A DNA stretch of 56,817 bases, from contig JBAUJB010000077.1 in the NCBI GenBank assembly GCA_049683355.1, positions 1 to 56,817 on the forward strand, in the 5' to 3' direction. Origin of the DNA: Mycobacterium sp. GTDB taxonomy: Bacteria; Actinomycetota; Actinomycetes; Mycobacteriales; Mycobacteriaceae. Positions 51,083-56,817 of this stretch are shown here, piece after piece; within the stretch, counting starts at the first letter, position 1; the number at the start of each line of letters is the position of its first letter. The position numbers and the translations under genes are program-made. The notes under the pieces are model-generated. The model had not been told where the DNA came from and did no database searches. It was given only the letters and a program-made list of their open reading frames with translations.

Positions 51083-52372
51083 TCAGGACAGGGTCGCTGC
51101 GACCGATTCTGCCAGGATGTCGATGCCCTTATCCAGATCTTCCACCGTCGTGGTCAGCGGCGGGAGCAACTTGACCACCTCGTCACGGGGGCCACTCGTC
51201 TCCATCGTCACGCCGCGGTCGAACGCCGCCCGGCACACCTCGCCGGCCCGGGAGGCTTCGGCGAACTTGAGCCCTTGGGCCATCCCGCGCCCGCGGGCGC
51301 TGACACCTTCGTGGGTCTGCGCGATGGCCTCGAGGCGATCCCTGACATGCCGACCCTTGGACTCTGTTTCATCTGCGAAAGAATCTGAGGCCCAGTAGGT
51401 CTCGAGCGCCTTGGTGGCGGTGATGAATGCCGGGTTGTGGCCACGGAAGGTTCCGTTGTGTTCGCCGGGTGCCCAGACGTCCAGTTCGCGCCGGAACAGC
51501 GTCAGCGCCATCGGCAGGCCGTAGCCACTGATCGACTTGGACAGCGTCACGATGTCCGGCACGATCCCGGCTTCCTCGAAACTGAAGAACCGTCCGGTGC
51601 GTCCGCACCCCATCTGCACGTCGTCGACGATGAGCAGGATGTCTCGGCGTCGGCACAGTTCGGCCAGTGCCTGCAGCCACTCAGCGCGGGCCACGTTCAG
51701 GCCACCCTCGCCCTGCACCGTTTCGACGATGACGGCCGCAGGGTGGTTGAGCCCGCCGCCGGAGTCGTCGAGCACGCGCTCGAACCAGTGGAAGTCCTCT
51801 GTCGCTCCGCCGAAGTAATTGTCGTACGGCATCGGGGTCGAATGGACCAGCGGGATGCCGGCGCCGGCGCGCTTCATCGAGTTCCCGGTCACCGACAGTG
51901 CTCCCAGCGTCATGCCGTGGAAAGCGTTGGTGAAGTTGATGATCGACTCGCGGCCGGTCACCTTCCGGGCCAGCTTCAGGGCGGCTTCGACGGAATTCGC
52001 CCCAGTGGGGCCCGGGAACTGCACCTTGTAGTCGAGGCCGCGTGGGCGCAGGATCAGCCGCTCGAACGTCTCGAGGAAGTCGGTCTTCGCCGAGGTCGCC
52101 ATGTCGAGGGAGTGCACGATCATGTCACTGGCGAGGTAGTCGAGCAGAGGCTGCTTGAGGGCAGGGTTGTTGTGGCCGTAGTTCAGGGCCCCTGCGCCGG
52201 CGAAGAAGTCCAGATAGCGCCGGCCGGCGACGTCGGTCAGCCAGGAGCCTTGCGCGACCGCCATCGTGGTGGGCCAGCTGCGGCAGTAGCTGCGCACCTC
52301 GGATTCCACCGAGTGGTACACCTCGGGGAGGTCGGCATCGGTCATGGGTGGGTTGAGCTCTGAGATCGACAT
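51083..52372 (-). CDS. ectB: Diaminobutyrate--2-oxoglutarate transaminase
   Basis: ESEVRSYCRSWP, DFFAGAGALNYGHN, QFPGPTGAN, ETVQGEGG, LSKSISGYGLP, PGEHNGTFRG. Confidence 0.96.
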   Translation of the reverse strand: MSISELNPPMTDADLPEVYHSVESEVRSYCRSWPTTMAVAQGSWLTDVAGRRYLDFFAGAGALNYGHNNPALKQPLLDYLASDMIVHSLDMATSAKTDFLETFERLILRPRGLDYKVQFPGPTGANSVEAALKLARKVTGRESIINFTNAFHGMTLGALSVTGNSMKRAGAGIPLVHSTPMPYDNYFGGATEDFHWFERVLDDSGGGLNHPAAVIVETVQGEGGLNVARAEWLQALAELCRRRDILLIVDDVQMGCGRTGRFFSFEEAGIVPDIVTLSKSISGYGLPMALTLFRRELDVWAPGEHNGTFRGHNPAFITATKALETYWASDSFADETESKGRHVRDRLEAIAQTHEGVSARGRGMAQGLKFAEASRAGEVCRAAFDRGVTMETSGPRDEVVKLLPPLTTTVEDLDKGIDILAESVAATLS

Positions 52373-52388
52373 AAGTCCTTTCACAGAT

Positions 52389-52928
52389 CTAGTTGTCGAG
52401 ATTCGCGGTGATCGGACCGATCTGCAGGATCGGTTCGTCTTCGTGCGCCTGATCGGCATCGAGATGCTCGGCCAGGAATCGTTCGTGTTCGCTCATCGGC
52501 ACACCGTGCCGTCGGGCGAAGGCACCGAACAACGCGCGCGAGGCGGTGTTACTGGGAGCGACTGTCGCCTCCACGGTGACGGGGTGACCATGGCGGTCTG
52601 CGCGGACCCATCGGGTCAGCGTGTCGAGCATCGTGCCCGCCAGGCCGGCACCCTGCGCGGATGCGGCTACGGCTACCTGCCAGACGAACAGCACTTCTGG
52701 TCTGGTCGGCGGATGGTAGCCGGTGATCAACCCGCACAGCTCACCGTCGCGGTCCGCCACGATACATGTGTCGGCGAAATCGGTGGCCATCAACAGGTAC
52801 GCGTAGGTGGAGTTGAGATCGAGAACCCCGGTCTCGGCGACCAGACGGCGCATTGCGATCGCGTCCGCGTCGGTCGGACGACGCAGATACTGCTGCCATG
52901 AATCAGGCTGTCCGGCCGAGCTGTTCAC
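52389..52928 (-). CDS. ectA: Diaminobutyrate acetyltransferase
   Basis: LDLNSTYAYLL...F..TC, LFVWQVAV, EATV..SN.AS..LF, HEDE; start uncertain. Confidence 0.93.
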   Translation of the reverse strand: MNSSAGQPDSWQQYLRRPTDADAIAMRRLVAETGVLDLNSTYAYLLMATDFADTCIVADRDGELCGLITGYHPPTRPEVLFVWQVAVAASAQGAGLAGTMLDTLTRWVRADRHGHPVTVEATVAPSNTASRALFGAFARRHGVPMSEHERFLAEHLDADQAHEDEPILQIGPITANLDN

Positions 52929-53161
52929 ATCGCTTGGGCGCGCGTTCGGACTTTTCAGTCCAGCGCGCGGCGCACGCACATCCACTTGGTTTTGTTCACC
53001 ACCGAACAAGTATCGAGTTTCGTCAGTCACGTCATCGGTGGTTCGACCGTATTTCAGCAAATGGGCAGAAGCAAGCAGCGGCAACGCCGAACTCGGTGGT
53101 CGAGAGGTCGCCGCCAGCGGCCTCACCTGCCCTGATGCCGGTCCGGACGCGACGACCTATC

Positions 53162-53188
53162 GTTTCGGTGCTGTTACCGAATTGTTAT
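53162..53188 (-). promoter_or_regulatory. Triple GlnR/OmpR-family direct-repeat box upstream of ectA
   Basis: ATAAC-N6-GTAAC-N6-GAAAC on the minus strand, 11-bp period. Confidence 0.7.
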
Positions 53189-53362
53189 CGGCCGTTGTGC
53201 TGTGTGCCGAGCGCAAGTCCGACATCGCCTGCCGCGCAACGCTTGTCCGAACCATCAGCGGACTTATGTCGACTATGACCCGGATCACATCGCCGGGCAA
53301 ACACAGAGCTGTCACTGTGAGTTGCGCTACGGCAGATGCCGGTGGTCCGGTTCAGGTGACGG

Positions 53363-54628
53363 CTACTGGCGGCCGCGTTTGACCTGATTGAACGGAACGC
53401 CCCGGTCGGCCGCGGGCTCCCGGGGAAAGCCGAGAATGCGTTCGCCGATGACGTTGCGGGCCATCTCCGAACTACCGCCGCCCAACGACCCCGTCTGCCG
53501 GGACAGGTAACGGACGCCGACGCTGTCCATGAGGCCTGCGAGGTCCCCGCCTTCGTCGACCACACCGGCAGTGCCCGCGATGGCCAACGCCGTGTCGATC
53601 TCCAGTTCGGTGGTTTCGGCGTGGAAGAGCCGGATCAACGTGCCCGCGTTCGGCGGCAGCGAGCCCGCCCCGATGGACTGCGCCACGTGGGCGATGAGCT
53701 GCTCCTTGACCGCGCGGCGCACCAACGCACGACCGGCGAGGTCCCGGACCCGCTGATCGTCGGCCTGTCCAGTGATCTCGGCCAGTTCGACATGGTCGGG
53801 TGGCATCTCATGGGCGTTCTCCGCGCCGGATCCGCTGGCGAACTCCGACCCGCCCCCGACCGCGCGGCGCTCGTGAAAGAGCTGCCGAGAGGCCACTTCC
53901 CAGCCGTTGTTGACTTCGCCGACAACTGCGTCGTCACCGAGTTCGAGTCCGTCGAAGAACTCCTCGCAGAACTCTTCGGAACCGTTGACCTCTTTGATCC
54001 GGCGCATCGTGATGCCGGGGGAGTTCAGCGGCACCAGGAACATCGTCAGTCCCTCGTGCTTGGGCAGGTTCCAGTCGGTACGGGCCAGCAGCAGGCCGTA
54101 GTCGCCGGCGAACGCGCTGGTGCTCCACGTCTTGGCGCCGTTGACCACCCATTTGCCGTCACGGCGGTCGGCGCGGGTGATGACGCCGGCGAGGTCGGAT
54201 CCGCCGCTGGGCTCGCTGAGTAGTTGCACCAAGACCTCGTCGCCGCGGATGGCGGCCGAGATGCGGTCGCGCTTCTGCGCCTCGCTACCCATGTCGAGGA
54301 TCGTCGCGGCGCAAATCGTGAACGTGGGCACATTGAGGATCAGCGGCATCTCGTAGCAGCGGCACTCGGCATCGAAGGCCTTCTGGTAGGAGGAGTCCAG
54401 GCCGAGCCCGCCGTACTCCCGCGGGAAGCAGATCCCGGCGAAACCGCCCTCGTACAGCCGCTTCTGCAACTCCTTTGCGCGTTCCCAGGATTCGGCCTCG
54501 GCGCGCACCGCGAACGGCGGATGGTCGGGGTCGATGCGCGGCATGTTCGCTGCGAGCCAGGTGCGGGCGCGGGCCGCGAAGTCGGCGACCGATTCGCTGG
54601 TCCCGGTCGAGAGTGCGGTTTCGGTCAT
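53363..54628 (-). CDS. Acyl-CoA dehydrogenase
   Basis: PREYGGLG, QLLSEPSGGSDLA, NGAKTWS, GEVNNGW, GGSSEMARNVIGERILG.PREP; start set at ATG 54628. Confidence 0.92.
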   Translation of the reverse strand: MTETALSTGTSESVADFAARARTWLAANMPRIDPDHPPFAVRAEAESWERAKELQKRLYEGGFAGICFPREYGGLGLDSSYQKAFDAECRCYEMPLILNVPTFTICAATILDMGSEAQKRDRISAAIRGDEVLVQLLSEPSGGSDLAGVITRADRRDGKWVVNGAKTWSTSAFAGDYGLLLARTDWNLPKHEGLTMFLVPLNSPGITMRRIKEVNGSEEFCEEFFDGLELGDDAVVGEVNNGWEVASRQLFHERRAVGGGSEFASGSGAENAHEMPPDHVELAEITGQADDQRVRDLAGRALVRRAVKEQLIAHVAQSIGAGSLPPNAGTLIRLFHAETTELEIDTALAIAGTAGVVDEGGDLAGLMDSVGVRYLSRQTGSLGGGSSEMARNVIGERILGFPREPAADRGVPFNQVKRGRQ

Positions 54629-55785
54629 GCTGAGGGCTCCATTCGTTGCTGCTCCTCGCGGGTGCGGTTCGCGCTGGTGAGCGCGAACACCGCACGGTGA
54701 TGGTCCTCGGGTGACCCGAACATCGCCCGGTACAGCGCGACCCGGCGCAGGTAGAGATGCAGGTCGTGTTCCCAGGTCACGCCGATCCCGCCGTGTAGTT
54801 GGACGCAGTCCTGCAACATTGCCGGAGCACGATCTGCGACATAGGCTTTCGCGACGCTGACCAGCATCTGGGCTTCCGGTGAGCGTGCCGCGACCGCGGA
54901 CACTGCGCCCCTGGTGGTGGCGCGACACGCCTCGAACCACATCTTCATATCGGCGGCCCGGTGTTTAAGGGCCTGGTAGGAGGCCAGCGGCCGGCCGAAG
55001 CTGTGGCGGTCGAACAGCCACTGGTTGGTCATCGCGAGGACGGCGTCGAGGATCCCGACGATCTCTGCGCACTGCAGCACCAGTGCGACCTGGCGTTGGC
55101 GCTCGATGATCGCCGGAGTCTGTTCGGCACCACCCACCACTGCCGACTCGTCGACCTGGACACCGTCGAGTTGCACTCGTGCGTAACGCTTCACCATGTC
55201 GATCGAAGCCTGCGGCGTGACCGTCACCCCGGCGGCGTCGGTCGGCACCAGGAACTGTCTGACCCGGCCCTCGCATTCGGCGACCACCAGTACCGCGCCG
55301 CTCTCGGCTCCGGCTTCGACGCGGTCCTTGACGCCGTCGATCCGGTAACCCGACCCGGTGCGGGTTGCGGTGGTGGCGACGTGCGCTGGGGCGAAGCCCC
55401 GCGTGGGTTCGTACACCGCCCAGGAGGCCACCGTGTGTCCCGACACCAGGGCCCCGATCGCTGCTTCGTGTCCGCTCGGCGCCTCGATCAGGCCGGCGAG
55501 GACGATGCTGACCGGATGCAGCGGGCCCGGTGCGACGGTGTGCCCGATCTGCTCGGCGACCATGGCGAGGTCGGCGACCCCGTCGCCGGAGACACTGCCG
55601 CCGCCGAGTTCCTCAGGCACCAGCAGGCTCGTCCAGCCCAGTTCGGCTGCCCGGCGCCACCATTCGTCCTGGAATGAGACGCCGGAGGCATGCAGACCAC
55701 GCACATGGGTCAGCGACGCCTGCTTCTCCAGGAAGGTCGCAGTGGTGGAGGCGAACAGCATCTGTTCCGGGTTGGCGACCGTCAT
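54625..55785 (-). CDS. Acyl-CoA dehydrogenase (partner subunit type)
   Basis: LLVPEELGG, RHSFGRPLASYQALKHR.AD, CVQLHGGIGVTWEHDLHLYLRR. Confidence 0.9.
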   Translation of the reverse strand: MTVANPEQMLFASTTATFLEKQASLTHVRGLHASGVSFQDEWWRRAAELGWTSLLVPEELGGGSVSGDGVADLAMVAEQIGHTVAPGPLHPVSIVLAGLIEAPSGHEAAIGALVSGHTVASWAVYEPTRGFAPAHVATTATRTGSGYRIDGVKDRVEAGAESGAVLVVAECEGRVRQFLVPTDAAGVTVTPQASIDMVKRYARVQLDGVQVDESAVVGGAEQTPAIIERQRQVALVLQCAEIVGILDAVLAMTNQWLFDRHSFGRPLASYQALKHRAADMKMWFEACRATTRGAVSAVAARSPEAQMLVSVAKAYVADRAPAMLQDCVQLHGGIGVTWEHDLHLYLRRVALYRAMFGSPEDHHRAVFALTSANRTREEQQRMEPSA

Positions 55786-55816
55786 GTCTGTTCCTCGCGA
55801 GTGTCGTGGGCGGATG

Positions 55817-56817
55817 TCAGGTCAGGACGAGGGCAGGAACGTCGGGCTTGTAGACCTTCTTGTTCTCGACCTTGAACAGATCGACCATGTTGCCGCCCAT
55901 CACCTTTCGGACACCTTCTTCATCGAGCCCGTGGGCCTCGAGATCATCGACGAGGTTGATCGGGTCGGCCAGGCCCTCCGGATGTGGCCAGTCCGAGCCG
56001 AAGATCACGCGGTCGATGCCGCACAGGTCGGCCATCTGCTTGAAATTGTCCTCCCAGAACGGCGCGACGTACACACAACGTTTGAACGCCTGGATCGGGT
56101 CCTCCGGGAACTCGTTGGGCATCTTCATGAAGACGTCCTTGAACTGGTAGAACAGGTAGGGCACCCATGATGCGCCGTTCTCGACCGAGAGGATGCGCAG
56201 GTCGGGGTTGCGGGTCAACGCGCCGTGGCACACCAGCGCGGCCATCGTGTCCTCGATGGGCCGCTTGCCTATGGCGACCATCCGGAACGAGGTCGGCTTG
56301 AACGGCTTGAACTCGTCGCCGGGCTCCCAGTCGTTGAGGTACTCGGCGTAGCCGCTGTCCGAGGCGTGCATCGACACCGGGATGCCGGCCTTGACGCAGG
56401 CGTCCCAGAAGGGATCGAACTCGGGCAGGCCGAACGAACGGCTGCCCCGGTAACCGGGCACCGGCGCCGGCCGGACCAGGACCGTCTTGGCCCCGCGCTC
56501 GACGCACCATTCGAGTTCCTCGATCGCGCGGTCGACGATGGACAGGTTGATCACCGGGGTGGAGAAGATCCGGTCCTGGTAGTTGAACTGCCAGGTCTCA
56601 TACATCCACCGGTTCAACCCGTGGACGATGTCGAGAATTGCTTCGGGGTCGTCCTTGAGACGCTCCTCGACCAGGCTGGCCAGCGTCGGGAACATCAGGG
56701 TGTAGTCCAGGCCGAGCGCGTCGAGCACCTCGAGGCGGGCCTCGGGGTTGCGGAAGGCCGGGATGGCGTTCATCGGCTTGCCCATCACCTCGCGGTAACT
56801 CTTGCCCCCGCTGCCGT
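55817..56817 (-). CDS. Amidohydrolase family 2 protein, partial (5' end beyond the window)
   Basis: FPTL, FDPFW...GIPVSMH, SVENGASWVP, FGSDWPHPEG; frame open to the window edge. Confidence 0.88.
   Translation of the reverse strand, partial: GSGGKSYREVMGKPMNAIPAFRNPEARLEVLDALGLDYTLMFPTLASLVEERLKDDPEAILDIVHGLNRWMYETWQFNYQDRIFSTPVINLSIVDRAIEELEWCVERGAKTVLVRPAPVPGYRGSRSFGLPEFDPFWDACVKAGIPVSMHASDSGYAEYLNDWEPGDEFKPFKPTSFRMVAIGKRPIEDTMAALVCHGALTRNPDLRILSVENGASWVPYLFYQFKDVFMKMPNEFPEDPIQAFKRCVYVAPFWEDNFKQMADLCGIDRVIFGSDWPHPEGLADPINLVDDLEAHGLDEEGVRKVMGGNMVDLFKVENKKVYKPDVPALVLT

Noticed and set aside
52929..53126. Extended EctA N-terminus (245-aa ORF)
   Set aside because: EctA motifs begin only near LRRP. 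The extension is not protein-like and lies in the probable regulatory region; the true start remains uncertain.

Overview
GC-rich actinobacterial chromosome segment. Gene order and protein sequences indicate a fast-growing Mycobacterium/Mycolicibacterium; no species call is made. Bases 1-30.0 kb are the conserved core block syntenic with M. tuberculosis Rv2616-Rv2580c: thrS, HIT, pgsA-patA-pimA, NUDIX, pdxS-tesB-pdxT, yebC, ruvCAB, gabT, yajC-secDF, apt, rel, ppiB, hisS. It contains two apparent deletion scars. About 18.7 kb of accessory DNA lies between hisS and the Rv2578c-like radical SAM gene. The first part is a ~10.8 kb stress island bracketed by two related ~60-bp palindromic elements. 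It encodes its own SigB/SigF-family sigma factor, three lipoproteins, a glucose dehydrogenase, a GH15 hydrolase and transporters, and most of its transcription units carry a SigF-type promoter, often the variant GTAT-N15-GGGTAC. After it come the urea ABC transporter urtABCDE and a helR/helD gene that lacks a visible rifamycin-associated element and instead shares an 88-bp spacer containing a LexA box. The window ends with ectABCD (a triple GlnR-type box upstream), two acyl-CoA dehydrogenases and a partial amidohydrolase. No rRNA, tRNA, CRISPR, integrase or transposase was seen. All family calls come from reading motifs and synteny by eye, not from database searches.
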